DNA of 64,000 bases. It comes from Acidobacteriaceae bacterium. GTDB taxonomy: Bacteria; Acidobacteriota; Terriglobia; Terriglobales; Acidobacteriaceae. The notes beneath the pieces were generated by a model. The model worked only from the letters and a program-made list of their open reading frames with translations, was not told the origin of the DNA and did no database searches. Of this stretch, positions 29,723 to 39,084 are shown one piece after another (the stretch's first letter is position 1; every line of letters begins with the position of its first letter). The stretch is from positions 110 to 64,109 of the forward strand of contig JASHQQ010000067.1 of NCBI GenBank assembly GCA_030039035.1. Direction: 5' to 3'. The translations under genes and the position numbers were made by a program.

Positions 29723-31960
29723 GTGAAGCAGTTGTGGCAAAGCATTTCCACGGGAAAGTCGACCGCGGTGGATGTGCCTGCTCCGCTTGCCGGAAAGGGT
29801 CAGATCCTGGTTCGCGTGGCGGCGTCGGCGATCTCCGCCGGCACCGAGCGCAGCGTCGTTGAGTTTGCGGAAAAGAACGTGATTCAAAAAGCGATGGCCC
29901 GACCCGATCTGGTCAGGCAGGTCATCGCCAAGGGCAGGCGGGAGGGCTGGATAGCTGCCGTCGAAGCCGCCCGCAAACGGCTGGATTCAGAGCTTGTGCT
30001 CGGCTACAGCAATGCCGGAGTGGTCATCGGGGTGGGCGAAGACGTCGGAGAATTTCGCGCCGGGGACCGCGTGGCCTGCGCCGGGGGCGGTTTTGCCACG
30101 CACAGCGAAATCGTGCGAATCCCGCGCAACCTTGCCGCCGTGATGCCGGAAGGTCCCGGCCTGCGGACCGTTCCGTTCGAAGAGGCCGCCTTGGCCACGG
30201 TGGCCGCGATCGGTCTTCAGGGAATCAGGCTGGCGGAGTTGCAACTCGGCGAGGTTGTCGCGGTCATCGGGCTGGGCTTGATCGGTCAGATCCTCGTTCA
30301 GCTTGTGCAGGCCAACGGATGCGCGGCGATCGGGATGGACCCGGGCGCCGAGCGATGCAGCCTCGCGGAACGGATGGGTTGCGCCGCAACCGCCCGATCC
30401 GGCGAGGAGATGGAGGCCGTGGCGGCCCGCGCATCGAACGGCCGGGGCGTGGATTCGGTGCTGATTGCCGCGGCAACCCGGAGCAGCGAACCGGTTACGC
30501 TGGCGGCGGAGATTGCGCGCGACCGCGCCAGGGTCGTGGCCATCGGGGCCGTCGGATTCTCCCTGCCGCGCAAGCCCTATTACATGAAGGAACTCGATTT
30601 CCGCGTTTCCCGTTCCTACGGCCCCGGACGATACGACGTGGACTACGAGGAGAAGGGACGGGACTACCCCATCGGCTACGTGCGCTGGACCGAAGGCCGT
30701 AATCTGGCGGCGATCCTGCAGCTTCTGGCCTCGGGCCGGCTGGATTTCGCGCCTCTCATCACGCATCGCTTTCCCATTGACGAAGCCGACAAGGGATACG
30801 ACCTCATCAGCGGCAAATCGGGAGAGCCGTTTCTGGGCGTCGTGATCACCTATCCCCATGAGCCCTCCGCGGAGCGTCGCATCGAATTGCCAGCCCCTTC
30901 CGGTTCCGTCGCCGGCGCGACGGGAGTCCGCGTGGGAATGATCGGGGCGGGCAATTTCGCCACTGCGACGCTGCTGCCGGCGATGAAGGCCGCGGGCGGA
31001 ATCGAGTTTCGAGGCATCTGCGCGGCGGGTGGATCGAGCGCGCGCTCGGCCGGTCTGCGCCATGGATTCCGATATTGCTCCAGCGACGAGGCGGAGCTGC
31101 TCAGGGACGATTCGATCGATGCTATCGCCATTTCGACCCGGCCTTCGTCTCATGCGCGGCAGGTGGTGGCCACGATCGAGGCGGGCAAACACGTCTTTTG
31201 CGAAAAGCCGGTGGCGCTGAACGAGGGGCAGCTTGCCTCCATTGTTCAGGCTTGTGAGAAGCAGCTTCCCAACCGGTTGTTGCTGGTGGGCTACAATCGC
31301 CGGTTTGCGCCGCTCGCGCAAAGGCTGAAGGCTTTCGTCGGCGGTCTGGTCGAACCCCTGGTGATGAACTACCGCGTAAACGCCGGCTATCTTCCGCTCG
31401 ACCACTGGGCCCACGACGTGGAGCAGGGAGGGGGAAGAATCCTCGATGAAGTTTGCCACTTCGTCGATTTTCTGGGTTTCCTCTGCGGACATCCGATTGT
31501 ATCCGTCTCGGCATCCGTGCTTCCCAACGTCGGCCGCTACTCCAACGACAATCTCGCCGCTACGCTGCGTTTCGCGGATGGCTCGATCGGCACGGTCGTC
31601 TACGCCGCGAATGGAGACAAATCGTTCTCCAAGGAACGCATCGAGGTTTTCGCCCAGGGATGTGCAGCCGTTCTCGACGACTTCAGAACGCTCGAAACGA
31701 TTCGTGACGGGAAGCGTTCGATCTCGAGGTCGCGGCTGCGAGTCGACAAGGGCCATCGCGGTGAGTGGAGCGCCTTTGTCGACGCGATCCGCAAGGGCGG
31801 TCCGTCGCCGATCCCCTTTCAGGAGATTGTGAACAGCACGCTGGCCATCCTTGCCGTGGCTCGCGCCTGCCGGGACGGGCTCCCGGTCGAGGTCGACACC
31901 GAGGGATTCATTTCCCGCGTGCGCGCAGGCGAGTGGAGCGCGGCGGATAGCGAAACATAG
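29723..31960 (+). CDS. Bi-domain oxidoreductase (MDR/zinc-type dehydrogenase fused to Gfo/Idh/MocA)
   Basis: 'SAISAGTE', 'LGYS.AG', 'VIGLGLIG', 'SRSYGPGRYD..YEEKG.DYPIGYVRWTE.RN', then 'IGAGNFA', 'HVFCEKP', 'VGYNRRFAP', 'DKGH'. GTG start after SD GGAGG. Confidence 0.9.
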   Translation: MKQLWQSISTGKSTAVDVPAPLAGKGQILVRVAASAISAGTERSVVEFAEKNVIQKAMARPDLVRQVIAKGRREGWIAAVEAARKRLDSELVLGYSNAGVVIGVGEDVGEFRAGDRVACAGGGFATHSEIVRIPRNLAAVMPEGPGLRTVPFEEAALATVAAIGLQGIRLAELQLGEVVAVIGLGLIGQILVQLVQANGCAAIGMDPGAERCSLAERMGCAATARSGEEMEAVAARASNGRGVDSVLIAAATRSSEPVTLAAEIARDRARVVAIGAVGFSLPRKPYYMKELDFRVSRSYGPGRYDVDYEEKGRDYPIGYVRWTEGRNLAAILQLLASGRLDFAPLITHRFPIDEADKGYDLISGKSGEPFLGVVITYPHEPSAERRIELPAPSGSVAGATGVRVGMIGAGNFATATLLPAMKAAGGIEFRGICAAGGSSARSAGLRHGFRYCSSDEAELLRDDSIDAIAISTRPSSHARQVVATIEAGKHVFCEKPVALNEGQLASIVQACEKQLPNRLLLVGYNRRFAPLAQRLKAFVGGLVEPLVMNYRVNAGYLPLDHWAHDVEQGGGRILDEVCHFVDFLGFLCGHPIVSVSASVLPNVGRYSNDNLAATLRFADGSIGTVVYAANGDKSFSKERIEVFAQGCAAVLDDFRTLETIRDGKRSISRSRLRVDKGHRGEWSAFVDAIRKGGPSPIPFQEIVNSTLAILAVARACRDGLPVEVDTEGFISRVRAGEWSAADSET

Positions 31961-31981
31961 AAGAAGGAACAACCAGGGAAG

Positions 31982-32671
31982 CTATTCCCTGCCGGATTTC
32001 TTCCGGGCCACGCGCAGCGCCTCCGCAATCGCCTTTTCTGCGCGATTCTCGCGGCCCTCGGCCGACTGATAGTAGAAGATACCCATCAGATGACTGCGGC
32101 GCTGCGCTGCCGTCATGGCCCTCCATCCGGCCTCGGCCAGCGGCTGCCGTGCGAACGCCGCCTTCAGGATCGGCGGCGTCTCCTGTTCGCCTTCCATGGT
32201 CAGAAGCAGGCGCTCGGCCATCCGTTCGGCCATCTTCTGGCGCGACGCGGGATTTTTGACTTCGGCGACCATCGCGCCCAGCATTCTCCGCGTGTACTCG
32301 CTCAAGCCATCGAACCATTTGCGCAACTGCCGGTCGGCCTTCAGCGCCTTGTCGAGCTCCACAGGCATGAGCGCCGGCCGCTCCTCGAAGTCCGGCTCCA
32401 GCGTGATTTCCACCTTCGAGCCGACGCGCGCCTTCGCTCCCGCCTGCATGCGCTTGTTCACCAGCAGCATTCGACCTCCACTCTGCGGATAGGGAAACAG
32501 CGCTGTGCGAAAGGCAAAACCGTTGATCGTGCCGCGCACGCGATTGCCGCGCCGCTCCGGCCACTCCTCGGCAGGATCGAAGGGAATTCGTGCGATCACC
32601 CAGCGCAGTTCGTTGCCGAGCGCTTCGAGCATGGCGCGAAATTTCCTGGGCGCGGATTTCCTGGCGGGCAT
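31982..32671 (-). CDS. YdeI/OmpD-associated family protein (DUF1905 plus two OmdA-like modules)
   Basis: 'RVRGTINGFAFRTALFP', 'P.EL.KAL...FDGLS', second 'P.IL.AAF...W.AMT' module. Start at ATG 32671. Confidence 0.8.
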   Translation of the reverse strand: MPARKSAPRKFRAMLEALGNELRWVIARIPFDPAEEWPERRGNRVRGTINGFAFRTALFPYPQSGGRMLLVNKRMQAGAKARVGSKVEITLEPDFEERPALMPVELDKALKADRQLRKWFDGLSEYTRRMLGAMVAEVKNPASRQKMAERMAERLLLTMEGEQETPPILKAAFARQPLAEAGWRAMTAAQRRSHLMGIFYYQSAEGRENRAEKAIAEALRVARKKSGRE

Positions 32672-32748
32672 GGAGACGAAGCCAGTATGCGGCTGGCGCC
32701 CCGAATGGAGCAATCGCGAATTCCCGGGCAACGCCCGCGGTGGCAGGG

Positions 32749-32768
32749 TGGTTCCAATAGTGGTACCA
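32749..32768. promoter_or_regulatory. Putative HicB operator
   Basis: TGGTTCCA-ATAG-TGGTACCA imperfect palindrome (16/20) immediately upstream of hicA. Confidence 0.5.
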
Positions 32769-32810
32769 TTTCCTGGAGAACGTGACAGCTCAAAGAAGAT
32801 CCTCGAGTCC

Positions 32811-33053
32811 ATGAGGCGCGAACCGGGAAACGTCCGGTTCTCGGATCTTATGAAGATATGTGTTGAATGCTTTGGCGAGCCCCGCCAGCGAGGAACGAGT
32901 CACGCGATTTTCAAGACTCCCTGGCCCGGTGATCCGCGCGTGAACATCCAGAACGACAGGGGCAAAGCCAAAGCCTGCCAGGTACGGCAGGTCCTGAAGG
33001 CTATCGACAAAATTCGTGCTTCTGGAGCAACCGGCGATGAAATCGACGTCTAG
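32811..33053 (+). CDS. hicA: HicA-like toxin, start uncertain
   Basis: 'P.NVRFSDL.KIC..CFGEPRQ.GTSH.IFKTPWPGDPRVNIQ..GKAK..QVRQVL.AI'. HicA-like residues continue upstream of ATG 32811 without an in-frame start. Confidence 0.75.
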   Translation: MRREPGNVRFSDLMKICVECFGEPRQRGTSHAIFKTPWPGDPRVNIQNDRGKAKACQVRQVLKAIDKIRASGATGDEIDV

Positions 33054-33390
33054 AATGAAACCGAAACGGCGTCCCGATCATTACACCTATCGCGTTACCT
33101 GGTCCGCTGAGGACGGCGAACACGTCGGTCTCTGCGCAGAGTTTCCTTCGCTGTCCTGGCTGGCGAAGAGGCCGGATGCCGCGCTCGCAGGAATCCGGCG
33201 CGCTGTTGGAACTGCGGTCAAGGATATGGAATCCTCGGGCGAGCCCGTTCCCGTCCCGATCGCCGTCAAGCGCTATAGCGGTGAGTTCCGCGTTCGCATT
33301 CCGCCTGAAGTGCATCGCTCGCTCGCATTGCAGGCGGCCGAACAGGGCGTGAGTCTGAACCGCCTGGCCAGCGCCAAGCTGTCCGCTTGA
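33037..33390 (+). CDS. hicB: HicB-family antitoxin
   Basis: 'HYTYRVTWS.EDGEHVGLCAEFPSLSWLA', then an RHH domain 'YSGEFRVRIPPEVHR.LA..AAEQGVSLNRL'. Confidence 0.92.
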   Translation: MKSTSRMKPKRRPDHYTYRVTWSAEDGEHVGLCAEFPSLSWLAKRPDAALAGIRRAVGTAVKDMESSGEPVPVPIAVKRYSGEFRVRIPPEVHRSLALQAAEQGVSLNRLASAKLSA

Positions 33391-33411
33391 GTCGCACACT
33401 AAACTAGGTTC

Positions 33412-34230
33412 ATGGACGTTCTCTACGGCCTCCATCCCGTCGAGGAGGCCCTCAAGGCCGGCCGGCGGCGCTTCGACCACGTTCTGGTCGCCCGCGAGCG
33501 CCGCGACGACCGACTTGAACGACTCGTCGCCGCCTGCCGCCAGGCCGGAGTCCGCGTGCGCCAGGAGGCGCGCGAGCAGCTCACCCACGTCTCGCGGACG
33601 CAGGCCCACCAGGGAATTGTCGCGCTGGTGCGCCCGCACGAATTTCTCGCCATCGAAGACCTCTTCGAGTCCGATCCATCGCGTGCTGCGAATGGCGCCC
33701 GCCTCGTGCTGGCGCTCGACGGCATCGAGGATCCGCAGAACCTCGGCGCGTTGCTGCGCGTCGCGGACGGCGCCGGAGTCGACGGCGTCGTGCTCACCGA
33801 GCGGCGATCAGCGCCACTCACAGCCGCGGCCCTCAAGGCCAGCGCCGGAGCGGCCGAGCATCTGCGCATCGCGCGCGTGGTCAACCTGGTCCGCGCGCTC
33901 GAGGATCTCAAGCGCCACAATCTCTGGGTCGTTGGCCTCGACGAGCACGCGAAGACCGACTACGACCGCTTCGATCTCACCGGCGATTGCGTCGTCGTTC
34001 TGGGCCGCGAGGGCGCCGGCTTGCACGATCTCGTCCGCCGCACCTGCGATCACCTGCTGCGCATCCCCATGGCCGGCGGCGTCAGCTCGCTGAACGTCTC
34101 CGCTGCGGGCGCCGTCGTTCTTTATGAAGCGGCACGGCAGCGGCGGGCGACCGCGCCAGCGGCGGCCGCTCTCCACGGGCCTCGGCCCGCGTCAAAACCC
34201 GTGCTAAAGCAGAAAGGCCTTGGTTCATGA
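33412..34230 (+). CDS. rlmB: 23S rRNA Gm2251 2'-O-methyltransferase (TrmH family)
   Basis: 'YGLHPV.EAL', 'HQGIVA', 'LDGIEDPQNLGALLR', 'LGREGAGL', 'IPMAGGVSSLNVSAA'. Confidence 0.93.
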   Translation: MDVLYGLHPVEEALKAGRRRFDHVLVARERRDDRLERLVAACRQAGVRVRQEAREQLTHVSRTQAHQGIVALVRPHEFLAIEDLFESDPSRAANGARLVLALDGIEDPQNLGALLRVADGAGVDGVVLTERRSAPLTAAALKASAGAAEHLRIARVVNLVRALEDLKRHNLWVVGLDEHAKTDYDRFDLTGDCVVVLGREGAGLHDLVRRTCDHLLRIPMAGGVSSLNVSAAGAVVLYEAARQRRATAPAAAALHGPRPASKPVLKQKGLGS

Positions 34231-36329
34231 AGTATTGTTTCGCCGGCATGGTGGCAGCCCTCGGCATCTGGGTCATGCTGCAGCCGGCTCCCTGCACGGC
34301 CCAGAGCCAGCCGGCGTCGTCGCCTCAAACCTCGCCGCCCAACCCGCCGGCGCAATCGAAGGGCCAGGTCATTTTTTCGCGCTCTGTCGACGAGAACGGC
34401 AATGTCTCGACGCAGACCGGAACGGTGGATGCGCAACCCGGGATTCAAAACGTCGCGGTTCCCACCGCAGAGGACGCCGACCGGCGCGCGATCACGTTCA
34501 CCGGCCTCGATCTCGACGTACACCTGCGCACCGCCGAACAGCGCATCGCCGTGCGCGCGCGGCTCAACGTCCGCAACGACGGCAAGGACCCGCTTGCCCG
34601 CATCCCGCTGCAGATTTCGTCGTCGCTCCGGTGGGAGCGCATTCGGGTCGAAGGTCGCGGTATCGCTTTCACCGTCGCCACGCTCAACTCCGACACCGAC
34701 CACACCGGCCAGCTCCATGAAGCCGCTGTGCCGCTCGCCGCGCCACTCGCGCCCGGCGCCAGCCTTGCGCTCGATGTGACGTATTCGGGCACGGTTCCCG
34801 CCGACGCCAAACGCCTGCTCGCCATCGGAACCCCGGACGAAACGGCCCTGCTTTCCGACTGGGACCAGATCGGCGTCGACTTCACCGGCTTGCGCGGCTT
34901 CGGCAACGTTGTCTGGTATCCGGTGTCAAGCGTTCCGGCCATTCTGGGCGACGGCGCGCGCGTCTTCGACGAGATCGGCGAGCACAAGCGGCGGCTCGTG
35001 GGCGCGCGATTCCGGTTGCATCTCGCCGTTGAATATCCGGCAGACCAGCCGCCTACGGTGGCGCTCATCGACGGCCACTCCGTCCCGCTCGCGGTCACCG
35101 GCGGCTCCGCAAACGGGGAAGTCGATGGTGTAGCCACGACAGACCTCGGTCCGATCACTCTCGGATTCGAAGCGCCCAGCCTGTTCGTCGCCATTCGCGC
35201 TCCTCACGCAGGCCCGCACGTGAATGTGTGGACGCTCATGGGAAACTCCGCCGCTGCCGAACCGTGGGCCGACGCGGCGGCCGCAGTCACTCCATTCCTC
35301 GAGGGCTGGCTCGGAGACCGTCCAGCCGCGCGACTCACGGTGCTCGACCTGCCCGATCCGCAGGACGCGCCCTTTGAAACCGGCTCCATGCTGGCCGCGC
35401 CGGTGCGGCAGGCCTCGCCCGATACGCTCGAGAGCGCCCTTGCGCATGGGCTCACCCATGCGTTTCTCCACGCCGGAGCTCAACCGCCTCCTGCGTGGCT
35501 CGACGAAGGCGCGGCGACCTTCATGGAAACGCTGTGGGCCGAAAAGGAGCACGGCCGCGAAAAGGCCCTGGAAACGCTCGAATCGTCGCGTCAGGCGCTG
35601 GCGCTCGCCGAGCCCGGGAGTCCCGGCCAAAACCCGGGCCAGCCGCTGGCCTCGGCAATCTCGCCGATTTATTACCGCACCAAGGCCGCCTACGTGCTAT
35701 GGATGCTTCGCGACATCGCGGGCGATGCGGCGCTCTCCGCGGCGCTGCGTGCGTATCTTCCCGGCGCCACGGCCGGCCGCTCTGCAATCGCTGCATCGTC
35801 GGGTCCGGCGACCGCTCAAGCCGCAGGTCCGCCGGGCGATCCGGCATCCGCGCCCGAAACGGCTTTCGCCAGTCCGTTCGCCAGAGCCGCCGCCGAATTG
35901 CAGCACGACGAAGCGAGTCTGTCCGCCGATGCCGCCGCTCGGCCTCCATTCGAGAAGCTCCTCGAACAGTCCGACGGCCGTCGCGATTTAACCTGGTTCT
36001 TCTCCGACTGGGTCGATGCCGATCGTGGCCTGCCCGATCTCAGCATCGCCAGCGTCTTTCCCGGTTCGGCCTCGGCCGACTCCTGGCTGGTCACCATGAA
36101 CCTGGCCAACAACGGATACGCCGCAGCCGAAGTTCCGGTCACGGTCCGTTCCGCGGCCACATCCGTCACGCAGCGCGTGCTCATCCCGGCGCGCGGCAAG
36201 GTCTCGCGCCGCATCCTCATCCAGGGCAAACCTGTGCAGGTGCAGCTCAACGATGGGACAGTGCCTGAAACCCAGGCCAGCGTCCACGTGATGGACCTGG
36301 ATCAAGCCGCGCAAAACCCGCAGCAGTGA
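34227..36329 (+). CDS. Secreted M1 aminopeptidase/gluzincin-like protein with degenerate zinc motif
   Basis: Signal peptide, beta-rich N-terminal domain, 'WYP', 'LAHGLTHAF...WLDEGAA.F', 'YYRTKAAYVLWMLRD..GD', 'DLTWFFSDWV...GLP'. Confidence 0.7.
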   Translation: MKYCFAGMVAALGIWVMLQPAPCTAQSQPASSPQTSPPNPPAQSKGQVIFSRSVDENGNVSTQTGTVDAQPGIQNVAVPTAEDADRRAITFTGLDLDVHLRTAEQRIAVRARLNVRNDGKDPLARIPLQISSSLRWERIRVEGRGIAFTVATLNSDTDHTGQLHEAAVPLAAPLAPGASLALDVTYSGTVPADAKRLLAIGTPDETALLSDWDQIGVDFTGLRGFGNVVWYPVSSVPAILGDGARVFDEIGEHKRRLVGARFRLHLAVEYPADQPPTVALIDGHSVPLAVTGGSANGEVDGVATTDLGPITLGFEAPSLFVAIRAPHAGPHVNVWTLMGNSAAAEPWADAAAAVTPFLEGWLGDRPAARLTVLDLPDPQDAPFETGSMLAAPVRQASPDTLESALAHGLTHAFLHAGAQPPPAWLDEGAATFMETLWAEKEHGREKALETLESSRQALALAEPGSPGQNPGQPLASAISPIYYRTKAAYVLWMLRDIAGDAALSAALRAYLPGATAGRSAIAASSGPATAQAAGPPGDPASAPETAFASPFARAAAELQHDEASLSADAAARPPFEKLLEQSDGRRDLTWFFSDWVDADRGLPDLSIASVFPGSASADSWLVTMNLANNGYAAAEVPVTVRSAATSVTQRVLIPARGKVSRRILIQGKPVQVQLNDGTVPETQASVHVMDLDQAAQNPQQ

Positions 36330-36342
36330 ACAATGCTTCGGG

Positions 36343-38934
36343 TCACTCGTACCGCAGCGCCGCCATGGGATCGACGCGCATGGCTCGGCGCGAAGGCACA
36401 TAGGCTGCGACCAGAGCGATGGCGAGCAGGAGCATGGAGACGGCGGCATAGGAGATGCCGTCGAAGGGTCCCAGCCCGTACAACACCCCGCGCAGCAGAT
36501 ACGAATCTCCCGCGGCGAGCGCCATGCCGGCCAGCAGGCCGGCCAGCACCGGGCGCGTACTGTCGCGCACCATCAGCGCACCGATCTGCCCTTTTCTCGC
36601 ACCGAGCGCCATGCGGATGCCAACCTCGCGCGTGCGCAACACCACCATGTAGCTGACGGATCCGAAGATGCCCATCGAAGCCAGCACCAGGCCGAAGATG
36701 CCGATGGTTATGGCGATCAGGGCAATGATACTCGACCCGAAGAACGCACTCGTCTGGCGAAGCATCGCCTCCAGCGTGGAGGTCGTCGCCACGATGTTCG
36801 CATCGATGCTTTCGAGCAGCGGACGAATCGCATCCATCGCGTGCGTGGGATCGTCGCGCGTGCGAATCAGGATCGGGAACTCATCCTCGCCGCCTTGCGG
36901 CATCGGCAGGTAAACCTGTTCGGAGTCGCTGCCGTCCATCTGCGAGCCACGTATCTCGCGCGCCACGCCGATCACCTCGTACACGCGCCCATCGGGGACG
37001 ATCTCCTCGCGCGGATGCCAGCCGAAGAAGTCTGTGCCGAGCCGCAGCGTGCGCCCGATCGGATTTTGTCCCGGCCACAACCCTTTCGCGACCGACTCGC
37101 TCACGATCGCGACCGGCTGCGGCTCGCCGGATTGCGACTGAAACCCTCGCCCGAAGAGCAGCGGAATCCCCAGCGTGGCAAAGTAGTTCGGGCGCACATA
37201 AGTGTAGTAGAGATACGCCCGCGTATTGCGTGGCGTGGGCTTCTGGCCATCGAGCGAAACCGCTGCGCCGCGAAGTGCATTGTCGTCGGGCGCGCGCCCG
37301 AAGGTAACGGATTCGACACCCGGCAGCGCAGCGACGCGTTCGGCAAGCGTCCTTGCGATCGCCGCCCTGCGCTCCGCGTTGTACCCGGTCTCATCGGGAA
37401 ATTGCAGACTGAGATCGATGACGCGCTCGCCTTCGTAACCCGTGTCCATTCTGAGCGCGCGTAGCGAGCCATGGACCAGCATGCTTCCGGCAATCAGCAG
37501 CACCAGCGAGACCGCGACCTGCGCAGCCAGCAGAACATCGCGAAGCCGCCGGCCGCGCGCCGGCGAGATGGCCGCATTGGCCTTGAGCGCGGCGGCGAGC
37601 GCCGATCGCGAGCTCTCCAGCGCCGGCGCCAGCCCGAAGAGCACGCCGGCGAAGAGCGAGACTCCGAAGACGTAGGCAAAGGTCGCAAGATCTGGCCGCA
37701 CGTGAACCACAAAGGTCGCCATGTTGGGCGGCAGCAAATCCTCGGTCAAACGCGCCAGAGCTGCCAGCACCGCCCAACTTGCCAGAAAGGCCAACGCGCC
37801 GGCAATCAGCCCGAGCAAGGCGCTCTCGGTGAGCAGTTGCCGGACAAGGCGGCCACGCCTGGCCCCCAGTGACATGCGCAGCCCGAGTTCATTCTGCCGC
37901 GCCGCGGCACGCGCCAGTTGCAGGCTGGCCACATTGGCGCAGGCGATCACCAGCACCAGTCCGGCCGCCAGCATGACCAGAAAGATCGCAAACTTCGGCC
38001 CCGGCGGCAGCTTGTGCGGCAGCGGTGAAGCGGGAGAAAGCTGCGCCTCGGCCGGCTTGCTCAAGTCCGAATGAGGATCGTGCAGGCTGCGAATGTGGCC
38101 GGCCAGCAGATTCATCTCCGCCTGGGCTTCGCTCAGACTCACGCCCGGCGCCAGGCGGCCGAAGATGCGGCAGCACTGCGAGTTCCGGTCACGCAGCAGA
38201 TGGTCGCTGGGATGCACCAGGGGCTCGAGGCTCAGCGGCATCCAGAAATCGGGCACGCCGACACTGGTTCCCACAAAGTCGTGCGGGGCGATGCCGATGA
38301 TGGTGAAAGCGGCGCCATTGAGCCGGATCGCCTTGCCCAGGATCGACGGATCGCCGGCAAATCGCGTTTGCCAGTAGTTCTCGCTGATCAGCAGCGCGGG
38401 CGCCTTCGCAACCTCGGCTTTGTCTTGTGCGGTAAAGATGCGCCCGCGAATGGCCGCCACGCCCAGAACCGAAAAGAAGTTCTCGCTCACGATCGATGCC
38501 GTTGCCAGCTCGGCGCGGGTGCGCGATTCGAATGGCGGCAAGAGTCCCCACCGCTCGAACAGCGAATTGCCTGAGGCCTGGCGCTGGCTCTCATCTCCCC
38601 CCGCGCCGGTCAGGATCAGCGGTTCGAACTCCTGCGCGAGGGCAATGAGCCCGGAGAACGATCGAAGACGGTCGCGATACTCCTCGTAATCGGGATAGCT
38701 GAAGTCGGCATCGACCGTGCCCGACTGGCGAACCATGGCCACATTGACCATGCTGCCCGAGTCGCGCGCGTCGATTCCACGCGCGAACAGGGCCTTGTAC
38801 GCGGTAAACACGGCCGTGTTCAGCCCGATGCCGAGCGCCAGCGCCAGCACCGCAATCGCGGTGAAGCTTACGTTGCGGAACAGCATGCGCATGCCGTAGC
38901 GCGCGTCCTGGAGGATCGATCGAATCAGCATCAT
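36343..38934 (-). CDS. Second ADOP (duplicated MacB/FtsX-type permease), without prefix domain or adjacent PadR
   Basis: 'QDARYG.RML', 'LALGIGLNTAVF', 'LVIACANVASLQLARA', 'RTREVGIRMALGA', ends 'VDPMAALRYE'. Start trimmed to 38934 because the longer ORF is antisense to mntR. Confidence 0.92.
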   Translation of the reverse strand: MMLIRSILQDARYGMRMLFRNVSFTAIAVLALALGIGLNTAVFTAYKALFARGIDARDSGSMVNVAMVRQSGTVDADFSYPDYEEYRDRLRSFSGLIALAQEFEPLILTGAGGDESQRQASGNSLFERWGLLPPFESRTRAELATASIVSENFFSVLGVAAIRGRIFTAQDKAEVAKAPALLISENYWQTRFAGDPSILGKAIRLNGAAFTIIGIAPHDFVGTSVGVPDFWMPLSLEPLVHPSDHLLRDRNSQCCRIFGRLAPGVSLSEAQAEMNLLAGHIRSLHDPHSDLSKPAEAQLSPASPLPHKLPPGPKFAIFLVMLAAGLVLVIACANVASLQLARAAARQNELGLRMSLGARRGRLVRQLLTESALLGLIAGALAFLASWAVLAALARLTEDLLPPNMATFVVHVRPDLATFAYVFGVSLFAGVLFGLAPALESSRSALAAALKANAAISPARGRRLRDVLLAAQVAVSLVLLIAGSMLVHGSLRALRMDTGYEGERVIDLSLQFPDETGYNAERRAAIARTLAERVAALPGVESVTFGRAPDDNALRGAAVSLDGQKPTPRNTRAYLYYTYVRPNYFATLGIPLLFGRGFQSQSGEPQPVAIVSESVAKGLWPGQNPIGRTLRLGTDFFGWHPREEIVPDGRVYEVIGVAREIRGSQMDGSDSEQVYLPMPQGGEDEFPILIRTRDDPTHAMDAIRPLLESIDANIVATTSTLEAMLRQTSAFFGSSIIALIAITIGIFGLVLASMGIFGSVSYMVVLRTREVGIRMALGARKGQIGALMVRDSTRPVLAGLLAGMALAAGDSYLLRGVLYGLGPFDGISYAAVSMLLLAIALVAAYVPSRRAMRVDPMAALRYE

Positions 38935-39084
38935 GGAACGACTCTGTTTATGATGACGCAGCGACATGGCAATTTGTGACGAGCATCTCCGCCGGGCCTG
39001 CCGCGCTGGCGCGATCGTCCTTCGCAAAGCCGGCCGGACAGTGCTTGCACACTTCGAACCGATTACCATGGAACACAGCGCCCC

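Noticed and set aside
32749-33390. hicAB as a marker of a mobile element
   Set aside because: No integrase, transposase, terminal repeats or cargo around it; it appears to be a standalone TA islet.
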